A DNA stretch of 62,195 nucleotides, filler included. It is 8 parts of 8 records of this genome, joined end to end, with 100 filler letters (N's around TTAATTAATTAA, not from the genome) between each part and the next. Parts side by side here need not be neighbours in the genome. Positions count along the whole stretch, not along the records: positions 25,125 to 46,224 come from SRR20825010_6845; positions 46,325 to 52,791 come from SRR20825010_6847; 6 more parts are not named here. One strand, written 5' to 3'. Below the pieces are notes generated by a model that did no database searches, was not told the DNA's origin, and worked only from the letters and a program-made list of their open reading frames with translations. Below are positions 41,957 to 51,218 of the stretch, one piece after another; position 1 is the stretch's first letter, and each line of letters begins with the position of its first letter. Position numbers and translations under genes: made by a program.

Positions 41957-44173
41957 TCAGTCCGTTTTCCAACGAACCGCCAAACCGGGGGCCAATTCGG
42001 GCGAACGGTCTCGCGAGTTGAATCGAGTGGGATCTCCCAACCAACCTTCCTGCGACAACACCAGGGTGACGACACCGGGGGATGATCGCAGAAAATCATC
42101 CAACGCTCTGGAAACAAAGCGGAGTCCGTCGGGCTGATCCTTCAGGCCTTCCCCAGAATTATCGAACTTCAATTCCCCAAGCGGCACCAGATCACCCACG
42201 CCATTGGCCACCGGACTGGTCTCGAACGTGAGCGACGCTTCTCCAGTTTCGCTCCAATCTAGTGATCCGATGCCACCGGGAGTCGTCAAATCCGATGGCC
42301 AACCGTGGACCAAAATCCGTCCCACACCTGGGTGCGAGTTCGGAGCCATACTCAGCAACAATGCGGAACGATCGATTCGCTTCAGAACGGCGTTTGCCGA
42401 ATCAGCTCCGGCACCCGACGGCGGTGGCAACTGCGTCAGATCAAACCTTAGAAAAGCGATCGCCAAAACATTCTGATCGTTCGCCCCATCACGATGAGCC
42501 ATAACGGCGGGCTGCTTTCCAAAGTCTTCCTTGCTTCCTTCGCGAACATAGGTATCGGCACCTTTCCCAGCACGCGTTCGGATGGTTTCAAAACCCAACA
42601 GATCGCCGGTCTGCAAATTTTCAGTGACTTCAAATTGAGATGTCAACGAGTCCACATGTGCCCCCGCCGGTGATTGCAATTCGAAGATCACATCAAAACG
42701 CTCCTGAGCCAAGTTGTTGGTCAGGAACTGAATCTCAATCGATTGCGTCTCGCCTGGCCCCGGCAACTGTCTTGGCGAAAACGATCGGGGAAAAGCGGGA
42801 GCCTTGCGTTTGAGCTGCCCCTCTTGCTGCAAATAGGTGGTGATGCGAGCCACCTGCCCCGCTTGCGAATAGCGAATCCGCGGATCGCTTTCACGTGAGT
42901 CCGCCTGATTGGTCAACTGCAACCGAAACCTGGCCATTTCGCCAACGGGAATTTCCGGATCAGCAATGACCTTCCCTGTTAACTGCAATGCGCCCAGTTC
43001 AGCAGCCAACACCGCGGGTGAGGTGTCGGGCGTCGAAGCCGACTTCACCGATTCCATCGACGTACTCTTCGAAGTTCCATCGCGAAGCATCCACCACACT
43101 CCACCGGCAATCAGTGCAGCAACGGCCAAACCAACGGCCGCAAAGAACGCTTTGCCTGTTCCACCACTTGTTGTCTTTGTCGTCGCAGCCGGTTCTGCCC
43201 CCGCTGGCACCGACGAGCCGTTGCTCGAATTGGCATCGATATCGATTGCCAATCCCGCTTGCTTGGATTGTTGAATCTGCTCCGACACCGCCAACAATGC
43301 TTTGCGAAAGTGCCCCGCCGTTTCGTATCGCTGCCCGGGCTCTTTGGACAACAAACGCATAATCAGTCGTTCGAGCGGCTCGGGCACCTCGACGGATTCA
43401 CCGTTCTGCTTTCGCTGGGAAAGCGTCAACGGTTCACGGCAGAGAATGTTGACCAGTTGAGTGGGCGTGTTGGAAGCAAGCAATGGAACTTTCCCCGCAC
43501 ACATCTCATACATCACCACCCCGAGTGAATAGAGATCGGTGCGTTCGTCAACGGTCTCATTGCGAGCCTGTTCGGGTGACAAGTAGCCCGGTGTGCCGAC
43601 GACGCTGTCACCGCGAGCCAAGCCTTGCACCGCAGATCCTGCGACCGCCAAGCCGAAGTCCAAAATCTTGACCCGTTCGGAAGGCGATTGAATCCACAAG
43701 TTCGCCGGCTTGATGTCTCGGTGAATGATTCCTCGATCGTGGGCGGCTTCCAATCCCAAGGCGACTTGATCCGCGATCGCGATCACTTCTTCCGAGCTGA
43801 ATTGGCGACCGGATTGCAGCAACTGCTCCAGCGTTCCTCCCTGCAACAGCTCCATCGCCAAGAATGGTGTGCCATTGCGTTGCCCAACTTCGAACAGCGT
43901 CGCAACGTTGTCATGATGGACCGCGGCCATCGAGCGAGCTTCCTCGACGATCCGCTTGCGACTATTCGGCGATTTCGCGAATCGCTCGTTCATCACTTTC
44001 AGAGCCACGGTGCGCTGCAACCGAGTGTCTTGCGCTCGGTAGACATGCCCCATGCCGCCTTGGCCCAGCAATTCGATCACGCGATACGGCCCTAGTCGGC
44101 CCAATTCGCCAGCTGCTTCTGGGGGATCCAGAAACTCAGGGGGTGAATCAGGTGCGGGCGGTGAATCGGTCAT
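41957..44173 (-). CDS. Membrane Ser/Thr kinase with extracytoplasmic DNRLRE/CBM96-like C-terminal domain
   Basis: LGQGGMG, VALK, HRDIKPAN, DFG, GTPGYLSPE; TM AFFAAVGLAVAALIAGGVWW; ADTYVR...FLRFDL. Confidence 0.9.
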   Translation of the reverse strand: MTDSPPAPDSPPEFLDPPEAAGELGRLGPYRVIELLGQGGMGHVYRAQDTRLQRTVALKVMNERFAKSPNSRKRIVEEARSMAAVHHDNVATLFEVGQRNGTPFLAMELLQGGTLEQLLQSGRQFSSEEVIAIADQVALGLEAAHDRGIIHRDIKPANLWIQSPSERVKILDFGLAVAGSAVQGLARGDSVVGTPGYLSPEQARNETVDERTDLYSLGVVMYEMCAGKVPLLASNTPTQLVNILCREPLTLSQRKQNGESVEVPEPLERLIMRLLSKEPGQRYETAGHFRKALLAVSEQIQQSKQAGLAIDIDANSSNGSSVPAGAEPAATTKTTSGGTGKAFFAAVGLAVAALIAGGVWWMLRDGTSKSTSMESVKSASTPDTSPAVLAAELGALQLTGKVIADPEIPVGEMARFRLQLTNQADSRESDPRIRYSQAGQVARITTYLQQEGQLKRKAPAFPRSFSPRQLPGPGETQSIEIQFLTNNLAQERFDVIFELQSPAGAHVDSLTSQFEVTENLQTGDLLGFETIRTRAGKGADTYVREGSKEDFGKQPAVMAHRDGANDQNVLAIAFLRFDLTQLPPPSGAGADSANAVLKRIDRSALLLSMAPNSHPGVGRILVHGWPSDLTTPGGIGSLDWSETGEASLTFETSPVANGVGDLVPLGELKFDNSGEGLKDQPDGLRFVSRALDDFLRSSPGVVTLVLSQEGWLGDPTRFNSRDRSPELAPGLAVRWKTD

Positions 44174-44445
44174 GAGGTGCCGGGTTGCGATGGGAAACCA
44201 ATGCATTCCACCGGTCGTCGATGCGGTTGACCGGCTGGCCAGCCGCCCCGCCCAACTCGTTCGGCAGAATCCAACCCTGCAGGGTAAACACTGGCACATC
44301 GCCCAACAACTCTTCCGCCACGGAAATCTGTCCCCATGGAATCCATGCCGGGTCTTGATACGATTGGCCGCTGGATTGGGCCGAGACCACTGCCCTGCCC
44401 TGTCCCGCTCTGAACATCTATTCGCCTTCTACCCGCGACGAGCCC

Positions 44446-45411
44446 GTGTCACGAACCGCTATCCATGATCTCGCCGACGGAATGACGTTGGCCCAGCCGT
44501 TCCAAGCTGCTGACAAACAACTGCGAGTCAATCGTCAGGGTGGCAAGTACATCCTGCTGAAGTTATCCGACCGGTCGGGCACGATCGTTGGAATGATGTG
44601 GAACGCGGATGAAACCACCTTCGATACCTTTGATCGCGGGGACTACATCCACTGCACCGGCCGCACCCAGGTCCACAATGGATCGCTGCAAGTCATCCTG
44701 ACCGAGATTCAGCGAATGGATCCCGCGGAAGTGGACCAAAGTGATTTCGACCGTTTCGACGCTACCCAAGCGGACAACAATTTCACGCGTCTGAGAGAGT
44801 TGCTGGCCACGATCTCACAACCCGCACTGCATGCGTTGGCTCAGTCATACCTGAACGACGATTCGTTTGTTCAATCGTTTCGCCAGGCCGCCGCCGCGGT
44901 CTCCAATCACCATGCCTATCCGGGCGGACTGCTCGAACACACCGTCAACATGATGGAATTGGTTCGACTGATCTCACCGCGATACGCCAAAGTCGACACG
45001 GACCTATTGTTGATGGGAGCCTTCCTTCACGACTTGGGGAAGATTGATGAACTGCGAGCCAGCGGCGAGATCAGCTACACCGACCGAGGTCAACTCGTTG
45101 GACACATCGTCATCGGCGTTCAGCGTTTGGGCGAAAAGATCGCAGAAACCGAAGCATCTACCGGCCAAAAGTTTTCGACCGGACTGCGGCACCAATTGGA
45201 ACATCTGATCGTCAGTCACCACGGTGTCTTGGAATACGGCAGTCCCAAAATTCCAGTCACGCTCGAAGCGGTTGCGTTGCATCACATCGACAACCTCGAT
45301 GCCAAGCTCGCTTCATACTCTTCGATCATTGATTCCGACATCGCTGCGGATGGAAACTGGACGAACTACACCCCATCGATCGGACGCAAACTTTGGAAAG
45401 GCGACTCGTGA
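44446..45411 (+). CDS. yhaM: OB-fold + HD domain 3'-5' exoribonuclease (YhaM/Cbf1 family)
   Basis: LSDRSG OB fold, [37 protein letters not shown]. Confidence 0.9.
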   Translation: MSRTAIHDLADGMTLAQPFQAADKQLRVNRQGGKYILLKLSDRSGTIVGMMWNADETTFDTFDRGDYIHCTGRTQVHNGSLQVILTEIQRMDPAEVDQSDFDRFDATQADNNFTRLRELLATISQPALHALAQSYLNDDSFVQSFRQAAAAVSNHHAYPGGLLEHTVNMMELVRLISPRYAKVDTDLLLMGAFLHDLGKIDELRASGEISYTDRGQLVGHIVIGVQRLGEKIAETEASTGQKFSTGLRHQLEHLIVSHHGVLEYGSPKIPVTLEAVALHHIDNLDAKLASYSSIIDSDIAADGNWTNYTPSIGRKLWKGDS

Positions 45412-46145
45412 ATTCCACCTCACAATCAAAAACGGAATCCGCCCAACAAGACGCTGGCAAAGCCGTCGTGTTGCTGTCCGGTGGACTGGACAGCGCCACG
45501 TGTGTGGCCATCGCCCGCGACCAAGGATTCGAAGTTCATGCAATCAGCTTCCGCTACGGCCAACGTCATGACGGCGAGCTGGACCGTGCGGCAAAACAAG
45601 CCAGCCTGATGGGCGTCGTAACGCACCGCGTGATCGACATTGACCTGGCACAGCTTGGTGGATCCGCTCTGGTGGACTCGTCCATCGCCGTCCCAAAATC
45701 GGATCATGTCGACAAAATCGCGGGCGACATCCCGGTGACGTACGTCCCAGCCCGCAACACAATATTTCTGTCCTACGCCTTGGCGGTTGCCGAGACGTTG
45801 GGATCGCGAGACATCTTCATCGGGGTCAATGCACTCGACTACAGCGGGTACCCGGATTGCCGTCCGGAGTTCATCGACTCATTTCAAACGATGGCACGCT
45901 TGGCCACCAAAGCGGGCGTGGAAGACGAACATTCGCTTACCATTCACACACCGCTGCTTCACTGGACCAAGGCCGAAATCATCCAGCGTGGAATCGAACT
46001 GGGAGTGGACTACTCACAAACGCTGTCCTGCTATGACCCACAAGGCAGCAACGCCGAAATGCGTCCGTGCGGTCAATGCGACGCCTGTTTGCTGAGAGCG
46101 AAAGGCTTTGCAGAAAACGAGATCGCTGATCCGGCAATCGGCTGA
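45408..46145 (+). CDS. queC: 7-cyano-7-deazaguanine synthase
   Basis: SGGLDS, YGQRH, TYVPARN, GYPDCR, SCY...CGQCDAC; GTG overlaps the upstream stop. Confidence 0.96.
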   Translation: MNSTSQSKTESAQQDAGKAVVLLSGGLDSATCVAIARDQGFEVHAISFRYGQRHDGELDRAAKQASLMGVVTHRVIDIDLAQLGGSALVDSSIAVPKSDHVDKIAGDIPVTYVPARNTIFLSYALAVAETLGSRDIFIGVNALDYSGYPDCRPEFIDSFQTMARLATKAGVEDEHSLTIHTPLLHWTKAEIIQRGIELGVDYSQTLSCYDPQGSNAEMRPCGQCDACLLRAKGFAENEIADPAIG

Positions 46146-46224
46146 GACAACGATCTGGATGACGTGAATCCGGTTGCGATGTGGCTTGGTAGTTGAGGGC
46201 TGCCCGACGGAACAGTTGAGGACA

Positions 46225-46324
46225 NNNNNNNNNNNNNNNNNNNNNNNNNNNNNNNNNNNNNNNNNNNNTTAATTAATTAANNNNNNNNNNNNNNNNNNNN
46301 NNNNNNNNNNNNNNNNNNNNNNNN
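46225..46324. other. Artificial contig spacer
   Basis: N44-TTAATTAATTAA-N44. Confidence 0.99.
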
Positions 46325-46656
46325 TTCAATTCTTTACCGTCAATTTCTAAATCCGCATTTGTTTCCAACCAAGTAGCCATATGGGCGCCAGCCTGCCAAA
46401 CAGCATCATAGGGAAGTAAACCGCCAAAAATGATGCGGTTTCGAACTCCTGGCGAAGAATAATCAATATGAATGTTCGCATCGCCTACCATTGCCATACT
46501 ACTGGTATGTGGACTTAAATTTTTCTTGGGAGTAGATACCTTTTCTGCCTCCATATGGTTATGTTCAGGTTCTGTATTTTTTTTATCTTCTTTACAGGCT
46601 ACCATTATTAGGATTAGGAAACTTAAAATAATTAGTAACGGTTTTGGATTTTTCAT
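46325..46656 (-). CDS. DUF2911 domain lipoprotein (3' partial)
   Basis: Lipobox MVAC, LSP, IDYSSPGVRNRIIFGGLLPY..VWQAGA. Confidence 0.85.
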
Positions 46657-46672
46657 GGCTTTGGTTTTTAGG

Positions 46673-47161
46673 TTATTTGTTTTTGATATTCCGAGAGGAA
46701 GTATGAGTTTTAATGATTTTCCATTGGTCGTCCATCTTCTTTAAAATGGAAGTTGCCACCCCTTTTTTCTTTATTGTTCTACTTTCGCCTTTTTCATCTG
46801 GGTTAAACACAATGGTATAAATGTAAGTTTCCGTGGTAAACGCATAGGGAATATCTATTTCCGCCTCTATGGCATAATCGGAAAAATCGAAACTTTTAAA
46901 TTCTTTCAACTCAGGTCCCAAGTGGTGTTCTATATATTGGGCGAAGGTACCCTCAACGCCGCCTGATTCAAAAACTTGGGAATTTTCAGAAAAAAGCTCT
47001 AAGATGCCATTGGTCGTTAAATTTTTTATGGCGCCATTATATGCCTTCATAACAGAAATAACGGCTTCTTTCTCTGAAGAGGGTGTTTTAATCTGGGCAT
47101 GGCCGATACTGAAAATCAATGCGGTCGCCATAGGTAAAAGGATTGCTTTAAATTTTTTCAT
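46673..47161 (-). CDS. Exported NTF2/SnoaL-like (DUF4440-type) protein
   Basis: Signal peptide, VFESGG, YIEHHLGPEL, WKIIKTHTSSR. Confidence 0.8.
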   Translation of the reverse strand: MKKFKAILLPMATALIFSIGHAQIKTPSSEKEAVISVMKAYNGAIKNLTTNGILELFSENSQVFESGGVEGTFAQYIEHHLGPELKEFKSFDFSDYAIEAEIDIPYAFTTETYIYTIVFNPDEKGESRTIKKKGVATSILKKMDDQWKIIKTHTSSRNIKNK

Positions 47162-47218
47162 GACTTTGTATATTATGGTTATTGATTGCTGTTTTGTTCT
47201 TTTCCTTTATGAATTCTA

Positions 47219-47899
47219 TTAACTCCAAATGATAGCTGGACTTGATTTTTTGCCTTGATAGTAGCTATAGGTTCCAATTTTGGTGTTTATGTAACTTGAT
47301 TCTTTAACGTCTTCAAACCCTGCTTCAACCATGTAATCTGGGATAAGTCCATTTACGTTGTCGGTGGTGGTGGCAAATCCATCAAGAATTTGGACCGTAT
47401 AGAACAGTAATCTCATAAGTTTGGATTTGGGCTTTCCCCAGTCCCCTATAACTAACTCTCCATCAGGTTTAAGCACTCTATTGATTTCATTTAAACAAGA
47501 AATCTTTGTGTTCTTATCCAATTGGTGGAACACCAATGAGCTAAATACCTTGTCATAAGTTCTATCTGGATATGGAAAAATATCTCCCCCATAAAGATCA
47601 AGTTTGATATCAACATCATTTTCAGCGAATTTCTTTTCCGCAATATATTTGACCTTTGGATCAATATCCAAACCGGTATAGCTTGCGTTTCTATTTCGGT
47701 CGTTGGCAATAATTAAATTCTGGCCGGTACCAAATCCAAACTCAAGAATTTGTTCGCCATCTTGTGGATTTAACAGGTCAATCAATTTATTTCTAAATTT
47801 CTTCTCCGGCATAGTAACTGAAATGGTCAAGTCATAAAACTTGGTCAACCAGTCATAGCCCAAGGCGGGAATAAATTCTTTGTTCTTTTTCTTTACCAT
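47219..47899 (-). CDS. Class I SAM-dependent methyltransferase
   Basis: ILEFGFGTG, GLDID, SSLVFHQL, RVLKPDG. Confidence 0.9.
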   Translation of the reverse strand: MVKKKNKEFIPALGYDWLTKFYDLTISVTMPEKKFRNKLIDLLNPQDGEQILEFGFGTGQNLIIANDRNRNASYTGLDIDPKVKYIAEKKFAENDVDIKLDLYGGDIFPYPDRTYDKVFSSLVFHQLDKNTKISCLNEINRVLKPDGELVIGDWGKPKSKLMRLLFYTVQILDGFATTTDNVNGLIPDYMVEAGFEDVKESSYINTKIGTYSYYQGKKSSPAIIWS

Positions 47900-47918
47900 G
47901 TTAATCCGTTTGGTAACA

Positions 47919-48074
47919 CTATTCCTGTTTTAATAAATAATTGTTATAGATCTGTATGACCAGTGTCCAGTTGACTATCGATCCAATGATGATATAAAGC
48001 GAATAACTAAACCATTTCTTAAGCTTAGACTTACGTTTCTTATGCTTTCCACAATCTTTACAACAGTCTTCCAT
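47919..48074 (-). CDS. Unannotated 51-aa Cys-rich single-TM small protein
   Basis: Hand translation MEDCCKDCGKHKKRKSKLKKWFSYSLYIIIGSIVNWTLVIQIYNNYLLKQE*; A-rich leader; co-oriented and ends 19 nt before the methyltransferase start. Confidence 0.6.
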   Translation of the reverse strand: MEDCCKDCGKHKKRKSKLKKWFSYSLYIIIGSIVNWTLVIQIYNNYLLKQE

Positions 48075-48089
48075 TACATTTTTATTGTG

Positions 48090-48150
48090 CCTGTCAAGGG
48101 AAGGGCATTAAACACTAATCATTAACTACATATTCCCTTCCCATAACAGG
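48090..48150 (-). repeat. Long-loop stem-loop element, copy A
   Basis: Arms CCTGTCAAGGGAAGGG / CCCTTCCCATAACAGG with a 29-nt loop. Confidence 0.8.
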
Positions 48151-48172
48151 ACTTTTTCCTTCAACACTATCG

Positions 48173-48238
48173 TCTGGGCAGAAATGGGAAACACTAAATA
48201 ATTAACCAAACAAAAAACACTCCCCAAGCCCACCCAGA
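48173..48238 (-). repeat. Long-loop stem-loop element, copy B (different arm sequence, similar loop)
   Basis: TCTGGG/CCCAGA outer arms, purine/pyrimidine inner arms, loop region CACTAAATAATTAACCAAAC. Confidence 0.6.
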
Positions 48239-48249
48239 GCTATATCTTA

Positions 48250-48780
48250 CTATACTTTTTCCTTTATAAACTTCTTGCAAATCAAAAAAATCAGCCATGG
48301 CAATATCGTAAACTGAAGTACGGGGGAAATCCCCACTTCTACCACAGGCAATCGTGGCATGGCATCGGCATAGACCCAATCGCCCCTAGCGGTATGCCAA
48401 ACCTCAGCTAGAATAGCCCCGAAAAATCCGACGAGGACCAAGAGCAATATTTTTTTCAACCCCCAACTTTGCATCCAATACACATTTTTATAAATCAGCC
48501 CGAAGGCAAAAAGCAGTATGAATACCATCAACATATCGGCTACGGATGCCAAGGCACAAAAAGAGATATGTTTCAAATCATAGTCGAACCCTTCGTACAG
48601 TGGGCCTTGCGCCAGCTCCCATATAAAATTCAACATAAAGGACGTTACTGCCACTGCAAACACAAACCTCCTATATTCCCCTATGTCTGTTACCTGTTTC
48701 GCAAAATACAAATAGCCCAAAATGACCAAAGTCAACGCTATAGTGGGTACAACGAAAATGCCGAGGCTTAATTCTTCCAT
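48250..48780 (-). CDS. Hypothetical multi-TM membrane protein
   Basis: About five hydrophobic helices; LNFIWELAQGPLY and WVYADAMP motifs. Confidence 0.8.
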   Translation of the reverse strand: MEELSLGIFVVPTIALTLVILGYLYFAKQVTDIGEYRRFVFAVAVTSFMLNFIWELAQGPLYEGFDYDLKHISFCALASVADMLMVFILLFAFGLIYKNVYWMQSWGLKKILLLVLVGFFGAILAEVWHTARGDWVYADAMPRLPVVEVGISPVLQFTILPWLIFLICKKFIKEKV

Positions 48781-48858
48781 TTATTTTCTACTTAGACTTC
48801 TTTTTTAAGACCACTAAAATTGGCCTTCAATTCTTTGGCCAACACCAACCGGATATTA

Positions 48859-48920
48859 CCTGAAAGGGAAGGGGCTAACCAACTAACCAACCAAACTAAA
48901 TCGCTACTTCCCATAACAGG
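48859..48920 (-). repeat. Long-loop stem-loop element, copy C
   Basis: Shares AAGGGAAGGG and the exact 14-mer CTTCCCATAACAGG with copy A; loop CTAACCAACTAACCAACCAAACTAAA. Confidence 0.8.
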
Positions 48921-48926
48921 CTTTTA

Positions 48927-49445
48927 TTATTGGATTACTTCCGCAACCTTTCCACAGCTGAGCATTTGGGCGCCGTAGTACGGATTACGGATATCCTCGA
49001 TAGAGGATAACCAATAGGCGCCCCCGTTCAAGGCCATGGGACAAAAATCCTTATACAGTTTACCCGCCGTTATTTTTCCTCTTAAAAGAGCTTCCATTTC
49101 AGTACTCAATTCTGAAAATGCTTTTCGCTGTACCTTTAAATTATCCGTAGCGGCTATCTTTTGGGATGCCGATAAAGCGGCACCGGCACCTTCAACTTTA
49201 CCAAGTGCTTCGTTCAACATCTCCGCACCCTTTTGGGCATCTCCAGGATTTGAACCGACCAGATCATTTTTTACGTGCTCATAATGTTCGTAGGCACTGG
49301 CCACATTCTCATTACTGAACTCAATAGGCGTTTGCTTCATTTCCATTTTGCTATGGTCATGGTTCAACTTTATCTTTTCTTGTGCTGAAACAAAAGAAAT
49401 AGTCAGCATCAACATGACCACAAATCCATTATTTATTTTTTTCAT
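48927..49445 (-). CDS. DUF3347 domain exported metal-binding protein
   Basis: Signal peptide, HDHSKMEM, QRKAFSELS, CPMA...WLS...IRNPYYG..MLSCG. Confidence 0.88.
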   Translation of the reverse strand: MKKINNGFVVMLMLTISFVSAQEKIKLNHDHSKMEMKQTPIEFSNENVASAYEHYEHVKNDLVGSNPGDAQKGAEMLNEALGKVEGAGAALSASQKIAATDNLKVQRKAFSELSTEMEALLRGKITAGKLYKDFCPMALNGGAYWLSSIEDIRNPYYGAQMLSCGKVAEVIQ

Positions 49446-49469
49446 TGTTATTACTTTTAAGTTATTCTA

Positions 49470-49922
49470 TTATAAACTGTCCTTTAGTTTTGACACCCAA
49501 TCCAAAACGATTTTCTTTTCGGTATCCGAAAGTTTTGCGTCTCTATGGATGAGCGTGTACGATGTAAGGGGCATTTCACCATCCTCAATTTGGCTTATAA
49601 TGGATTTTAGTTTGCTATTCTTTCTTCGTGATGAATAGGAATCCCATTCATTAAAATTCAATTCTTCCTTGCCATGCTCCACATGGTCTTCCAAGTACCA
49701 CGCCACCGGTTGCACCTTATTGTACCAAGGATAGTCGGTATTATTGCTGTGGCAGTCATAACAAGAGGTTTTGATGATGCTCTCGATATTTTTTGGCACC
49801 TCGTTAACGACCATAAAATCCGTTTTGGGTATCAAATCGCTTTGATTGCGTTCGGTGGGCATAAACTGGATGCCCACCAACGCTACCAACAGAATCCATC
49901 CTGTGACCTTTACCGCCTTCAC
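49470..49922 (-). CDS. Haem-binding domain protein (c-type CxxCH)
   Basis: SCYDCHSNNTDYPWY, LNFNEW, GEMPLTSYTLIH. Confidence 0.9.
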   Translation of the reverse strand: MKAVKVTGWILLVALVGIQFMPTERNQSDLIPKTDFMVVNEVPKNIESIIKTSCYDCHSNNTDYPWYNKVQPVAWYLEDHVEHGKEELNFNEWDSYSSRRKNSKLKSIISQIEDGEMPLTSYTLIHRDAKLSDTEKKIVLDWVSKLKDSL

Positions 49923-50552
49923 TTAATTGATTTGCTTTTGTACACTACCGCAGGTCATCATTTTGCTTCCGTAATAAGGATTCTTGATTTCTTCAGTGGC
50001 ACTTAACCATTGTGCTCCCTTATTATTGTTGTACATTGGACAATTGGCTTGGTAAAGTGTTCTTTCAGAACCTGTAATGGCCAAAAGGTCAATGACATCT
50101 TTGCTCAATATATCAAAGTGCTCACGTTGGTGCCCGATGTCGCTTTTGGCGATATGTTCCGCATGTTCTGTGGCATCTTCAATAATATCTGTTAACTCGG
50201 CCCGTTGTTCGTCTGAAAATTTGCTCGTGTCAAAATCCTTAAGACTACCTTCCAGCTTTTCTCCTGCCGTTGCTGCACCGTCTTTATCATCTGATACAAG
50301 GGCGTTTTTGAGCGTAAGATAATCCGCGACAACTTCTGATGACATCATGGCCATTCCGCCCTGGTTCATATTGTCTTGGTCCATTTGCGAATGATCTTCC
50401 ATTCCATCACCCATGTGCCCATTGTCATCCATGTGTTCGGATTGTACCCCATCTGCACTACTACCCTCTTTTTTTGTGTCCTTGCACGATGTTGCACCTA
50501 GTGCAATTACCGCCATTGCCAAAATTCCTGTTGATACTCTTACCTTTTTCAT
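49923..50552 (-). CDS. DUF3347 domain lipoprotein with His/Met-rich linker
   Basis: Lipobox ATSC, EHMDDNGHMGDGMEDHSQM, YLTLKNALV, CPMY...WLS...NPYYGSKMMTCG. Confidence 0.9.
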   Translation of the reverse strand: MKKVRVSTGILAMAVIALGATSCKDTKKEGSSADGVQSEHMDDNGHMGDGMEDHSQMDQDNMNQGGMAMMSSEVVADYLTLKNALVSDDKDGAATAGEKLEGSLKDFDTSKFSDEQRAELTDIIEDATEHAEHIAKSDIGHQREHFDILSKDVIDLLAITGSERTLYQANCPMYNNNKGAQWLSATEEIKNPYYGSKMMTCGSVQKQIN

Positions 50553-50623
50553 TGTTTGTGTTTTTTAGAATTATAATTATTTGTGTTACTTTTTGTTTTC
50601 TGTAATTTGGATGATCCCGACCC

Positions 50624-51010
50624 CTAAAGTTTATCTATTACATGTTCAAGCCTGTTGGTAATTTCTTCGGCCACTTCTTTCAATTGTTCATTTTCTACCG
50701 CTTGCATGGAAGCCATGGGGTTTACCGCGGCAACTTCGACCGTACCCTCCTCGATTTCCTGTACGATTACATTACAAGGAAGCATAGTGCCTATCTTATC
50801 TTCGGCTTCCAATGCTTTGTGGGCATAAGGCGGGTTACAGGCACCGAGTATTTTGTACTTCTTGAAATCGACGTCCAGTTTCTTTTTCAAGGTTTCCTTA
50901 ACATCGATTTCCGTCAAGATGCCAAAACCTTCGTTTTTTAGTTCCTCGGTAACCTTTTCGATTACTTTGTCAAAGTCTTCGTTGAGTGTTTTATTGAAAT
51001 AATACTTCAT
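50624..51010 (-). CDS. DUF302 domain protein
   Basis: GFGILTEIDV, YKILGACNP, IGTMLPCNV; ATG 51010 preferred over the ORF-track start. Confidence 0.92.
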   Translation of the reverse strand: MKYYFNKTLNEDFDKVIEKVTEELKNEGFGILTEIDVKETLKKKLDVDFKKYKILGACNPPYAHKALEAEDKIGTMLPCNVIVQEIEEGTVEVAAVNPMASMQAVENEQLKEVAEEITNRLEHVIDKL

Positions 51011-51014
51011 CTTC

Positions 51015-51206
51015 TTAGTTTTTAGAATTAATCGTTCGTTTTTGTTCTTCCTATTCCTCTTTTGATATTTCGCCCTTTGCGAAACGGTTGTCCAAGATAT
51101 CCATGGGACTTTCTCCTTTTCCCATCTGCTACCCATTTTTTCCTGCATAGAAAAAAATTCCTATAACTATCACGGCCAAGACTATGACCCACCAGTACAT
51201 CATCAT
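51015..51206 (-). pseudogene. TM + SHOCT domain small protein interrupted by two in-frame TAG codons
   Basis: Single-frame translation MMMYWWVIVLAVIVIGIFFYAGKNG*QMGKGESPMDILDNRFAKGEISKEE*EEQKRTINSKN*. Confidence 0.8.
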
Positions 51207-51218
51207 AACTTCTCTATT

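Noticed and set aside
45408-46145. queC as a Qat, CBASS or Dpd anti-phage system
   Set aside because: Canonical length and motifs, with no qatA/B/D, cyclase or dpdA neighbours in the fragment.
48090-48920. Stem-loops as integron attC sites or a CRISPR array
   Set aside because: No RYYYAAC...GTTRRRY ends in the required orientation, no regular repeat-spacer period, and no intI or cas gene.
51051-51131. Genome-wide TAG reassignment
   Set aside because: Other genes in the same contig end correctly at TAG and long genes contain no internal TAG.
51011-51148. N-terminal extension of DUF302 in the ORF track
   Set aside because: It overlaps the SHOCT pseudogene in another frame; the family domain starts at ATG 51010.
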